A stretch of 64,000 nt of DNA from NCBI GenBank assembly GCA_041661305.1, contig JBAZUR010000002.1, positions 10,621 through 74,620 of the forward strand, given 5' to 3'. The stretch is from Minisyncoccota bacterium. GTDB lineage: Bacteria > Patescibacteriota > Minisyncoccia > Phycocordibacterales > VMEP01. Position 1 is the first letter of the stretch; each line of letters opens with the position of its first letter. This document shows positions 27,681-36,180 of the stretch, piece after piece. The translations under genes were made by a program, and so were the position numbers. The notes under the pieces were generated by a model. That model saw only the letters and a list, made by a program, of their open reading frames with translations. It was not told where the DNA came from and did not search any database.

Positions 27681-29150
27681 CTATTTTACCCAGTGTTTTT
27701 TTCTTATCTCAGATACTTCTTTTGATTCCTCCTCCTCTTTTTTAGCCTTCCCCTCCTCGCCAAGTTTTTTTAGCTCGTCGATAGATAGTTTTATTAATAC
27801 AAGTGAACGTTTTTCTAGATACTCAGTGGTATTTCTGTCTGGCTCATCAAGTACTTCCTCAAGAAGTGCGTGTAAAACATAGCCAATCTTTGGTCCAGGA
27901 GTTTCATGTGTAACTTCCATAATACGTTTTCCGTCAATCTTTAGCATCGCTACCGATATCGGTGCACGCATCGCTTCTTCAATCATAGACTCATATTTTC
28001 TAAGCCGATACGGGGTCTCTTTTGGTCTGCCCATGCCGATACGGTCGCATGCTCTAACTTTCATTAAATCCCAAACATTTTCTGGTCCAACATTTTTTAC
28101 AATCCTTCTTACAGCGGAAAGGGTTATTTTTTCTACATCTGAGAAAAATAAATGATATCTCACTAGTTTAGAAACAACCTCTACTATATCTTTTGGAAAA
28201 CGCATCCTCTCCAGTATTTTTTTTGTTACACGTGAACCAACAACATCGTGCCCATAGAATGTATAATCTTTCTTTTCATCTGACCAACGCCTAGTTTCGG
28301 GCTTAGAAACATCATGAAATAAGGCTGCAAGTCTCACGTGTAACGGCCAATCTCTATCTGCCGAGTGCTGTAAAGCTCTTAGGTTGTGCTCCCAAACATC
28401 GTAAATATGGTCGCCATTCTGTTTAACCTTAATGCCAGCTTCTGTTTCAGGTGAAACATATTTGAGCACGCCAAGACGATTTGCTAAGACGATTCCTATC
28501 ATTGGGTTCGGTGACATTACTAGTTTTATAAATTCATCACGAATCCTTTCCAGCGCTATGTTTTTTAGGTTATTCACATTGTTTTCCAACGCTTTTTCTG
28601 TCTCGCTGTTAATCATGAAACCTAATTCTGCGGCCAAACGAACTGCTCTCATTACACGAAGTGCATCTTCGGCAAATCTTTCTTCTGGATTGCCAACTGC
28701 TCGGATAATCTTGTCCTTTATATCCTTTTGTCCGTTATACGGATCAACAATTTGTCCTTTAGTAATATCATACGCAATCGCGTTGATTGTGAAGTCACGC
28801 CTCCTTAGGTCGTCTTCTAGATTTTTACTAAAAACAACAGAGTCTGGTCTGCGGTAATCACTATACTTCCCCTCTATTCTGTAGGGAGTTATTTCTACAA
28901 TTTTTAACGTCTCGTCTGTTTCACTTTCATCTACAACACCAACTGTTCCGTACTCATTTTCGTAAAATGTTTTTGGAAAAATTTTTATAATATCCTCCGG
29001 TCTTGCATTTGTCGTGAAGTCCCAATCTTTTGGTTTTTTACCCGCTAAAACATCTCGAACACACCCCCCAACTAAATATGCTTCAAAACCGGCTTTTTCT
29101 AGAGATTCGCTTATGGCGCTTATGTTTTTGGGGATATTTTCAGGCTTCAT
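27681..29150 (-). CDS. cca: CCA-adding tRNA nucleotidyltransferase with HD domain
   Basis: GGCVRDVLAG and DWDFTT identify the polymerase-beta head. An HD domain follows. Total length 489 aa. Confidence 0.9.
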   Translation of the reverse strand: MKPENIPKNISAISESLEKAGFEAYLVGGCVRDVLAGKKPKDWDFTTNARPEDIIKIFPKTFYENEYGTVGVVDESETDETLKIVEITPYRIEGKYSDYRRPDSVVFSKNLEDDLRRRDFTINAIAYDITKGQIVDPYNGQKDIKDKIIRAVGNPEERFAEDALRVMRAVRLAAELGFMINSETEKALENNVNNLKNIALERIRDEFIKLVMSPNPMIGIVLANRLGVLKYVSPETEAGIKVKQNGDHIYDVWEHNLRALQHSADRDWPLHVRLAALFHDVSKPETRRWSDEKKDYTFYGHDVVGSRVTKKILERMRFPKDIVEVVSKLVRYHLFFSDVEKITLSAVRRIVKNVGPENVWDLMKVRACDRIGMGRPKETPYRLRKYESMIEEAMRAPISVAMLKIDGKRIMEVTHETPGPKIGYVLHALLEEVLDEPDRNTTEYLEKRSLVLIKLSIDELKKLGEEGKAKKEEEESKEVSEIRKKHWVK

Positions 29151-29223
29151 TATCTAAAAATATTACTCCAGGTTTTGATATTTTCCTAATTTTCCTTATG
29201 ATGTAAGGGTTCTCACAGTTTTA

Positions 29224-29295
29224 GCCCCCGTAGTGAAATGGATATCACGACAGTCTTCGAAACTGTTATTCCAGGTTCGAATCCTGGCGAGGGCA
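29224..29295 (+). tRNA. tRNA-Arg (anticodon TCG)
   Basis: Cloverleaf: acceptor GCCCCCG/CGAGGGC with one C-A mismatch at 5-68, D arm GTGA..TCAC, anticodon arm ACAGT-CTTCGAA-ACTGT, T arm CCAGG-TTCGAAT-CCTGG. No CCA is encoded. A promoter-like TTGATA-16-TATGAT lies at 29174-29201. Confidence 0.6.
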
Positions 29296-29482
29296 CACGA
29301 AGTGTGCCTGAAGCAGTGAGACGCCTGCGCGTCTCACGTCAGGATTCGAAAGCCGGAATATGTTTTTGTAATCAAAAACATTGAGGCGGGGTTGCAGGTT
29401 CTTAGTACGTGAAGAATGTACACATTTGAACGTGCTTAGAAACCTGTGACCGAATCCCAGTAGAAAAATATCCGTGACCTAA
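29296..29482 (+). repeat. tRNA-trailer module, copy 1 (after tRNA-Arg)
   Basis: Two hairpins, then CAGGATTCGAA (antisense of the tRNA-Arg T-loop/stem), then AAGCCGGA...GAGGCGGGGT, a variable hairpin, ...TGTGACCGAATCC and ATATCCGTGACC. It shares its core with copies 2 and 3. Confidence 0.45.
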
Positions 29483-29551
29483 TCTTTTATTGACGTAACC
29501 TCTATATTATTTGAACTTATTTAAAACTCTGTTAAAATACACCGATAAATT

Positions 29552-29622
29552 GCGGGTATGGTTTAGTGGTAGAACACGTCCTTGCCAAGGATGAGACGGG
29601 GTTTCGATTACCCCTACCCGCA
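29552..29622 (+). tRNA. tRNA-Gly (anticodon GCC)
   Basis: Acceptor GCGGGTA/TACCCGC, anticodon loop TTGCCAA, T arm GGGGT-TTCGATT-ACCCC. No CCA is encoded. A promoter-like TTGAAC-16-TAAAAT lies at 29508-29535. Confidence 0.85.
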
Positions 29623-29672
29623 CAAAGCGTTAAGAAAACATGCTAGGAATAGCATGTTTTCTTAACGCTTTG
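29623..29672. repeat. Perfect 23-bp inverted repeat (hairpin) immediately 3' of tRNA-Gly(GCC)
   Basis: CAAAGCGTTAAGAAAACATGCTA-GGAA-TAGCATGTTTTCTTAACGCTTTG. No T-run follows. Confidence 0.7.
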
Positions 29673-29989
29673 TGGGTCGGAGTATTATTGTTTACCAATA
29701 CAATAACTGTAATAATTTTTCTGTATTAACGGCTTACGGACAGTTTTTTGCAAGAAAGATAGAGACTTGTAAACAGTGCTACTTTAAAAAATAAGGCTAA
29801 AATAGGTCAAATCTGGGGATAAGTCAGTGGACAATGTTAATAAGAGACATAAAAACTGTCCAAGAAAATGGCCTTTATTTGTCTAAAAATGGCTTTAAAT
29901 AAGGATAATTTGTCTTTATTGGGACTTTCCTTTCTAAAAGTTTCACGTGAAACAAACATATCCAAAGTTGTGGTGTATAATTATTTTTT

Positions 29990-30400
29990 ATGAGCTCAAG
30001 TGTTGAGAGAAATCAAGCGAAACAGATGGTTGGAAGGGTCGGTGAAGATTTGGCTTGTAGATTTCTGGAAAAGAAAGGTTTTAGTATTGTAGATAGAAAT
30101 TACCGAAAGTTTACTGGGGAAATAGATATAATTGCGAAAAAGGACAAAACTTTGTACTTTATTGAAGTTAAGACTGTTTCCCGTGAAAACTTTGGCTTGG
30201 AAGACGTGTGGATTGGGCACCGCGCGGAGGACAATCTCCACCCTCAAAAATTAAAACGTCTTAGTAGAGCCATTAACTCATATCTTCAAGAGAAGAGGGT
30301 AGACGTAGATTGTAATTGGCAGTGCGACGCCGTTATTGTCAATTTGTTTACAAAGGAGAAAAAAGCAAAAATTAAGTATTTAGAAAATATTTTTGCGTAA
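29990..30400 (+). CDS. yraN: YraN/UPF0102-family endonuclease
   Basis: 136 aa; GEDLACRFLEKKGFSIVDRNYR...GEIDIIAKKD...YFIEVKT matches the family. An extended -10 box (TGGTGTATAAT) ends ~8 nt before the ATG. Confidence 0.7.
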   Translation: MSSSVERNQAKQMVGRVGEDLACRFLEKKGFSIVDRNYRKFTGEIDIIAKKDKTLYFIEVKTVSRENFGLEDVWIGHRAEDNLHPQKLKRLSRAINSYLQEKRVDVDCNWQCDAVIVNLFTKEKKAKIKYLENIFA

Positions 30401-30504
30401 TTTTTTAATTTTTATGATAGGATTGGTGGGTTGTCGTGTTTTATAAGCGTTTGTTTTAATGGCAGGTGGAAGGGAATACGTCTGCGTGGGGTCAAAAAAT
30501 GTTT

Positions 30505-30541
30505 CGGGGTGTAGTATAGAGGTAGTACGTCTGCTTTGGGG
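30505..30541 (+). repeat. Orphan duplicate of the 5' half of tRNA-Pro
   Basis: A 37-nt copy of the first ~36 nt of tRNA-Pro (30579-30614), differing only at the last base. A more decayed copy lies at ~30462-30490, where ...GAATACGTCTGCGTGGGG is recognisable. Confidence 0.6.
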
Positions 30542-30578
30542 TTGTGAAGATTTTCCGTTTGGTTTTTGGTTATATCGC

Positions 30579-30649
30579 CGGGGTGTAGTATAGAGGTAGT
30601 ACGTCTGCTTTGGGAGCAGATAGCCCGAGTTCGATTCTCGGCACCCCGA
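30579..30649 (+). tRNA. tRNA-Pro (anticodon TGG)
   Basis: Acceptor CGGGGTG/CACCCCG, anticodon arm TCTGC-TTTGGGA-GCAGA, T arm CCGAG-TTCGATT-CTCGG, discriminator A. It is flanked by a 16/17 inverted repeat (GGTTGTGAAGATTTTCC at 30537-30553 and TTGAAAAATCTTCACAACC at 30673-30691). Confidence 0.85.
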
Positions 30650-30930
30650 CGATGTAACTAAACGGTTTGTGTTGAAAAATCTTCACAACCAGAAGTCTGG
30701 GAGACTTCTGTGGAAATTTCCATAAGAAATTTAGATAGCCCGAGTTCGATTCTCCCATCCCGCACAGATTTTAGCGAAGCGAAAAGCTGGGCGGGATGAG
30801 CAAGCAAACTGCTTTGCTTGCGTGGAGAATCGAAAGCCGGAGCATGTCGCCCTGCGACGGCGAGGCGGGGTCGAGAGTACTTATGAGCGAAGCGAATTAG
30901 TAACTCGTGACCGATTCTCGGCACCCCGAC
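30650..30930 (+). repeat. tRNA-trailer module, copy 2 (after tRNA-Pro), including a chimeric tRNA 3' fragment
   Basis: At 30734-30766 the T arm is Pro-like (GATAGCCCGAGTTCGATT) and the acceptor 3' strand is Gly(TCC)-like (CTCCCATCCCGCA). Then GCGGGATG (antisense), a hairpin, GGAGAATCGAAAGCCGGAGC...GAGGCGGGGT, a hairpin, CGTGACCGATTCTCGGCACCCCGAC. The last 19 nt repeat the tRNA-Pro 3' end. Confidence 0.45.
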
Positions 30931-30949
30931 AATGTAGCTAAGTGGGTTT

Positions 30950-32101
30950 TTATCCCTCGATTTCTTTTGTTAATAAATCTATAAGCGGTTTAGATAGGAC
31001 TTCTTTGAAGTTTTTTTGAGCGATATCTAAATCTTGAGAGATAAATTCATTTAATGTTTGTCCGGTTTCAGTTTTTATTTCTCGGTCAATATGTCCAGGT
31101 GTTATCGCGAAAAGAACCCGTTCTCCAGTTGAGGTGTTATTTGTGCTTGTAGTTATTATTCCCTCAAGCTTGCCGGTTGATTGGTTGATAACAGCTCCAC
31201 CCGAAGATCCTCTCTGCGAAAGAATATTCCCTTCAACGGAAATAACATCTAGAAGGGCTTTATCATAGAAATTATAAAGCTCCTTAATAACTCCTGTGCT
31301 TGAGGTTAAGGAAAGGCTTGTTTGTATTGTGGCGCCACCCAAGAAACCAGCTGGATAGGCGATAATAAGCATTGGAAGAGAGCGAAGAACCAGTTCTGGA
31401 TTAATATTAGCTTCAATATAAGGGAACGATTGAGGTAATGGTTGTCCGTCTGGTTTACCAACCGCTCGTAGTAAGGCAAAATCGTTTTCACCGGTGCCTG
31501 TTGGATCTTCTTGTTTGATTGTTTGTTTATTTTCTTCTATCCATTTTTTTGAAATATAAAGTGGTTCAATTAAAAAAGTAGGGGAAGCGGGGGAGCCTTG
31601 TCTGGCAACACATGTTATGTAGTTTTTTACACCATAGTCTCGAAGGAGGAAATATTGTCCAATATGAGCATTTGTGAGGATAACCCCCTTGTTGTTTATA
31701 AAGACACCACTTCCAGAAAGAGGCTTGAAATCACCGCCATTTTGAGTGGTACAGAGTATGTTTACAATCGCCGGGCGAGCTTTTTCGTTAAGCTGTTCAA
31801 GCGGGAGGAGTTGTATGGTGATAGTTTTTGGCGTTGTTGAGGCTGGGATATTTGTTTGGACGAGCTTTTGTTTAGTTGTTGTTGATGTTTTTTGAGTGAC
31901 TAAGTTTTTAGATAATAGTTCTGAGGTGGTAGTTCCAGTCTTGGTTACTGGGGTTGTTGAAGATATTACGCTTTCAGTTTTTAGAACGTTAATCGGTTCT
32001 GTTTCTGTGGGTGTGGATGTTTTAGCAGGGAGTATAAAAAGAAGAGCAATAGTTGCGCCCAAAAGAATCTTTTTTATAGAAATTCCAAAAATTTTAAACA
32101 T
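30950..32101 (-). CDS. Secreted trypsin-like serine protease (S1/HtrA-like, no obvious PDZ domain)
   Basis: N-terminal TM helix and a Thr-rich linker. Catalytic motifs TNAHI, D and GSSGGAV are present. Confidence 0.7.
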   Translation of the reverse strand: MFKIFGISIKKILLGATIALLFILPAKTSTPTETEPINVLKTESVISSTTPVTKTGTTTSELLSKNLVTQKTSTTTKQKLVQTNIPASTTPKTITIQLLPLEQLNEKARPAIVNILCTTQNGGDFKPLSGSGVFINNKGVILTNAHIGQYFLLRDYGVKNYITCVARQGSPASPTFLIEPLYISKKWIEENKQTIKQEDPTGTGENDFALLRAVGKPDGQPLPQSFPYIEANINPELVLRSLPMLIIAYPAGFLGGATIQTSLSLTSSTGVIKELYNFYDKALLDVISVEGNILSQRGSSGGAVINQSTGKLEGIITTSTNNTSTGERVLFAITPGHIDREIKTETGQTLNEFISQDLDIAQKNFKEVLSKPLIDLLTKEIEG

Positions 32102-32169
32102 GAGGACTATTATATCTGGAAAGTTTACTTCACAGTACTTTATCTGATAATATGGCGAATACAGTATTT

Positions 32170-32240
32170 GCGGGATTAGTTAAATGGTATAACTCCAGTT
32201 TTCCAAACTGGTGTCGGGAGTTCGATTCTCCCATCCCGCA
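32170..32240 (+). tRNA. tRNA-Gly (anticodon TCC)
   Basis: Acceptor GCGGGAT/ATCCCGC, D arm GTTA..TAAC, anticodon arm CCAGT-TTTCCAA-ACTGG, T arm GGGAG-TTCGATT-CTCCC, discriminator A. Confidence 0.85.
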
Positions 32241-32385
32241 CTGAATTTTAACAAAACTAGCTAAGGCTAGTTTTGTTGCGGGATGGGAGAATCGAAAGCC
32301 GGAGCGCGACGGCGTGAGGCGGGGTAGCGGAATTTTCCAGCAGGAAAATATCCGTGACCGATTCCCATCCCGCACCAGATATACA
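32241..32385 (+). repeat. tRNA-trailer module, copy 3 (after tRNA-Gly(TCC))
   Basis: A 12-bp hairpin (AACAAAACTAGC-TAAG-GCTAGTTTTGTT), then GCGGGATGGGAGAATCGAA (exact antisense of the tRNA 3' end), AGCCGGAGC...GAGGCGGGGT, a hairpin, CCGTGACC and GATTCCCATCCCGCACCA (sense 3' end plus CCA). A terminator lies at 32390-32422. Confidence 0.5.
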
Positions 32386-32389
32386 AAAT

Positions 32390-32422
32390 AAAAAACCGCA
32401 TTTATGCGGCTTTTTATTTTTT
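32390..32422. terminator. Bidirectional terminator after the tRNA-Gly(TCC) module, also serving hup
   Basis: AAAAAACCGCATTTATGCGGCTTTTTATTTTTT. Confidence 0.6.
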
Positions 32423-32435
32423 AGAGAGTAGTGAA

Positions 32436-32708
32436 TTACTTCACTGCGTCTTTCAAACCCTTGCCTGCGCGAAACTTAGGAACGTTCATTGCTGGGACGT
32501 TAACTGGTTCGCCTGTGCGAGGATTGCGGGCGGTTCTTGCTGCGCGTTTCTTTACAACGAATGTTCCAAAACCTGCAACAGAGACCTCATCACCTTTCTT
32601 TAGTGATTTTACGATCGAGTCGAACACTGTTTCAACTGCTTGTTCTGCGGATACTTTTGTTCCGCCTAACACTGCATGTACTGAGTCGACAATTCCTGCT
32701 TTATTCAT
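32436..32708 (-). CDS. hup: DNA-binding protein HU
   Basis: 90 aa; MNKAGIVDSV...GFGTFVVKKRAARTARNPRTGEPVNVPA is the HU/IHF fold signature. Confidence 0.9.
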   Translation of the reverse strand: MNKAGIVDSVHAVLGGTKVSAEQAVETVFDSIVKSLKKGDEVSVAGFGTFVVKKRAARTARNPRTGEPVNVPAMNVPKFRAGKGLKDAVK

Positions 32709-32973
32709 TTTTTTAAGTAGCTACTTAAACGATTAATAATGCTCGACCGAGTTTTATTATGGTCATACACGCGTATGAACCGCCTTAAGACCACGCAAAC
32801 ATTATATATCAGGCCATTTTTTAGGCAATAAGGGGAAAATAAGACCAGTGAATATTCGGGTAGAAAGGTTTGTATTTATAGATAAAATTTATTTGTATAA
32901 AGAAAATCAAAACAACAAAAAATCAAGGGGTTTCCTTGATTTTTTGTTGAAAAATATGGCTTTTTTAGGTTTA

Positions 32974-34503
32974 TTATCTGGCGTACTCGATAACCCTTGA
33001 TTCACGGATAACGTTTATCTTTATTTCTCCAGGATACTTAAGCTCTTTCTCCACACGGAGCGCTATTTCTTGTGCCATCTTTTTTGCTTCTAGGTCGCTA
33101 ACTTTTTCTGGGTAAACAAAAACTCGCACTTCTCTTCCTGCTTGAAGGGCGTAAGTTTTTTCAACACCAGTAAATGAATTAGCGATAGCTTCTAGATCAC
33201 CCAATCTTTTTAGGTAATTTTCTGCAGTGTCGCGACGAGCCCCAGGACGACCACCAGAAATTGCGTCGGCTGTCTGAACAATTATTGATTCAATTGTTTC
33301 GTAAGGGTATTCATCGTGGTGTGATTGCATTGCTTGAATGATTCGAACATCAGCGCCATATTTTTGGAGGATACGACGGCCAATATCGACGTGAGTTCCT
33401 TGAACTTCATGGTCAACAGCCTTACCAATATCGTGGAGAAGGGCTCCTGCCTTTGCAATTGTGACATCACCACCAAGTTCTTCGGCAAGCATTCCTGAAA
33501 TGTGTGCCATTTCAAGTGAATGCTGAAGAACATTTTGTCCATAGCTTGTGCGGAAGTATAGTCGGCCCAAGATTGCAATTATACGAGGATCAACATTAAA
33601 GAGACCACATTCATAAACAGCTTGTTCTCCCTTTTCTTTGATTATTTTATGAATTTCATTTTTTGCTTTTTCAACCATTTCTTCAATTTTTACAGGCTGA
33701 ATGCGCCCATCAAGAATTAAATTTTCAAGTGCGACGCGAGCAATCTGCCTACGAACAGGATCAAAAGAAGAAATGATTATGTATCCAGGGGTGTCATCAA
33801 CAATAAGTTCAACTCCCGCGGCGCGTTCAAAAGCGCGAATGTTCCTACCTTCTTTTCCAATAATTTTACCCTTCACCTCGTCGGAAGGAATAGTGACGTT
33901 TGTTGTCATTATTTCGGCGGCTGTTGAAGCTGCGAGGCGCTGGATTGAGGTTGCTAGAATGTCTTTAGCTTTACGGTCAAGACGTTCAGCATTGGCTGTT
34001 TCTAGTTTTTGCATGCGAACAAGCATGTCCTCCTCGTACCTTTTTTCTAAGGTACTAAATAGTTCTGCCTTCGCTTCTTCTTCTGTTAATTTAGTGACGC
34101 GCTCAAGTTCGCGCTGGTGTCTTAAGAGAGTAGCTTCTGCTTCTTCCTTTAATTTTTTTACCTCTTCTCCTTTGTTTTTTAAACTATCAACCTCCTTGTC
34201 GATATCAATTTGACGCTGATCAAGAAGACCTTCTTTTTTTATTAAACGCTCTTCTGTTTTTTTAAACTCTGCCTCGTGCTTTTTTTCTTCTTCGCGAAGC
34301 TCTTCTGTCCTTGCCTCTGCCTTTTTTGTTGCCTCAGTGACTATCTTGCTGGCCTCTTCTTTGGCTTGAAGAGTCATGTGCTTGATTTGAAGCTCCATTG
34401 ACCCTTTTTTCCCCAAAAGAACGAGCCAGCGCAAAATATAGCCAATTGCGATACCAAGAATACCGGCTATGGCGATTAGCGCCAAAACTATTTTAAGACT
34501 CAT
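32974..34503 (-). CDS. rny: Ribonuclease Y
   Basis: N-terminal TM helix, coiled coil, KH domain (GKIIGKEGRNIRAFE) and HD domain (HSLEMAHISG...LLHDIGK). Confidence 0.9.
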   Translation of the reverse strand: MSLKIVLALIAIAGILGIAIGYILRWLVLLGKKGSMELQIKHMTLQAKEEASKIVTEATKKAEARTEELREEEKKHEAEFKKTEERLIKKEGLLDQRQIDIDKEVDSLKNKGEEVKKLKEEAEATLLRHQRELERVTKLTEEEAKAELFSTLEKRYEEDMLVRMQKLETANAERLDRKAKDILATSIQRLAASTAAEIMTTNVTIPSDEVKGKIIGKEGRNIRAFERAAGVELIVDDTPGYIIISSFDPVRRQIARVALENLILDGRIQPVKIEEMVEKAKNEIHKIIKEKGEQAVYECGLFNVDPRIIAILGRLYFRTSYGQNVLQHSLEMAHISGMLAEELGGDVTIAKAGALLHDIGKAVDHEVQGTHVDIGRRILQKYGADVRIIQAMQSHHDEYPYETIESIIVQTADAISGGRPGARRDTAENYLKRLGDLEAIANSFTGVEKTYALQAGREVRVFVYPEKVSDLEAKKMAQEIALRVEKELKYPGEIKINVIRESRVIEYAR

Positions 34504-34705
34504 AAGCGATCAGGAATCGCTCGCAAAAACGTTGCAATTATTAGGTTTTTTGACTATTACCCATCAAGTTTTCCGGATTGTAATTCATTCTGATTCTAAA
34601 AACGAACGTTTGTTTCAAGTGATTCATTTATTTATTAAGGGAACAATTTCATTCTACACCGTAAATATTAAAAGTAAAAACAACGTAAAGGCTCGAAGCA
34701 TATAG

Positions 34706-34733
34706 TAAAAAACGGCCATTTGGCCGTTTTTTA
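34706..34733. terminator. Rho-independent terminator downstream of clpP
   Basis: AAAAAACGGCCATTTGGCCGTTTTTT. Confidence 0.7.
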
Positions 34734-34739
34734 TTTTGG

Positions 34740-35333
34740 TTACTTTCCGTTACTGACTCTGGTTTTTATAATGTCATCAATGAGTCCGTACTTTTTTGCT
34801 TCCTCAGCTGACATGTAGTAGTCGCGATCAACGTCTTTTTCGATTTGCGAAAGAGGTTGCCCTGTGTTTTTAGCTAATATCTTATTTATAGAGTCTTTTG
34901 TTTTTAGAATATGCTTTGCTGAGATTGCAATATCAGAAGCTTGTCCTTCCGTTCCTCCCATTGGCTGGTGAATCATCACTTCAGCGTTTGGAAGCGCAAA
35001 ACGTTTTCCTTTAGCACCAGCGGAGAGTAATATTGCCCCCATTGAGGCTGAAATGCCGACACAAATTGTAGAGACGTCTGGCTTGATAAAATTCATTGTG
35101 TCTAAAATAGCGAGACCGGCAGTAACGTGCCCACCTGGCGAGTTTATATATAATGAGATATCTTTTTTAGGGTCTTCATTTTCAAGAAAAATTAGTTGAG
35201 CGATTATGATATTTGCAGTGTGGTCGTCAATTGGTCCACCTAAGAAAATAATGCGGTCACGCAAAAGACGCGAATAGATATCGTATGCGCGTTCTCCAAA
35301 CTGTGATTTTTCTATGACTGTTGGTATTAACAT
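34740..35333 (-). CDS. clpP: ATP-dependent Clp protease proteolytic subunit
   Basis: Ser-His-Asp context: [22 protein letters not shown] and [13 protein letters not shown]. Confidence 0.95.
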   Translation of the reverse strand: MLIPTVIEKSQFGERAYDIYSRLLRDRIIFLGGPIDDHTANIIIAQLIFLENEDPKKDISLYINSPGGHVTAGLAILDTMNFIKPDVSTICVGISASMGAILLSAGAKGKRFALPNAEVMIHQPMGGTEGQASDIAISAKHILKTKDSINKILAKNTGQPLSQIEKDVDRDYYMSAEEAKKYGLIDDIIKTRVSNGK

Positions 35334-35478
35334 ATTTGTAGGCCTTAGCTTTTAGTACACACAAAATACAAATGGAGTATAGCAAAAAGCATATTTTTGG
35401 GGAAGTTGTATTTTTTACACGTTTTGTATTTACGAATTTTTCCTATAAGCTAAAACCTAACAACTAAAAGCTATTATC

Positions 35479-36174
35479 GTGAAATTACACAGATTTTTTA
35501 TCGAGGAGGAAATAGGGAATAGAAAAGAACTTGAAATTAAAACCGAGCATCTTCTTCATCAGTGGAGAAACGTTTTGCGTTTTGCTGTGGGAGACAAAGT
35601 TATTTTATTCGACGGAAAGGGAAGTGACTTTTTGTGTGAAATTAGTGCACTTACAAAAAACATATCCAATTTAGATGTTTTAGAAGAAACAAAAGGAATT
35701 ATTCCAAGTAAAAAAATTACACTGTTTATTTCTTTGATTAAAAGAGAAAACTTTGAATTGGTTCTCGAAAAAGCAACCGAGCTTGGTGTTTCTCGTATCG
35801 TTCCCGTTATTGCGGACAGAAGCGAAAAGAAATCTCTTAATTACGAAAGAGCCTTGAAGATTGTTGTTGAGGCAAGTGAACAGTCTGGAAGAACCAACAT
35901 ACCTGTTCTTGGCGAAACGATGACAACAGAAGAGGCGGTAGATAGATATAAAAAAGAATTATCTTTTTTCGCATTTGATCCGACGGGTTCTTTTGACTAT
36001 AAGCTAACAACTAAAAGCTACAACCTTGGGTTACTTATTGGGCCAGAGGGCGGTTTCACTCCTGCAGAACTTGAATTTTTTACAGAAAAAGAAGTACCGA
36101 TAATTAAACTAGGTGAGCAAATTCTTCGAGCAGAAACAGCAAACATTGTCGCTCTTTCTTGTGTAATGTTTTAA
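35479..36174 (+). CDS. rsmE: 16S rRNA (uracil1498-N3)-methyltransferase
   Basis: MKLHRFFIEEE at the N-terminus and C-terminal LLIGPEGGFTPAELEF...IKLGEQILRAETA identify the RsmE family. Confidence 0.85.
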   Translation: MKLHRFFIEEEIGNRKELEIKTEHLLHQWRNVLRFAVGDKVILFDGKGSDFLCEISALTKNISNLDVLEETKGIIPSKKITLFISLIKRENFELVLEKATELGVSRIVPVIADRSEKKSLNYERALKIVVEASEQSGRTNIPVLGETMTTEEAVDRYKKELSFFAFDPTGSFDYKLTTKSYNLGLLIGPEGGFTPAELEFFTEKEVPIIKLGEQILRAETANIVALSCVMF

Positions 36175-36180
36175 CCCTCT

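Noticed and set aside
32278-32385. Reading the copy-3 trailer module (GCGGGAT...ATCCCGCACCA) as an extra long-arm tRNA (Ser/Sec-like) or a two-piece tmRNA
   Set aside because: No acceptable D arm or T arm can be drawn on the plus strand. A minus-strand fold gives an anticodon-like arm but no T arm. At ~100 nt it is far too short for tmRNA, and G3 pairs with C rather than U.
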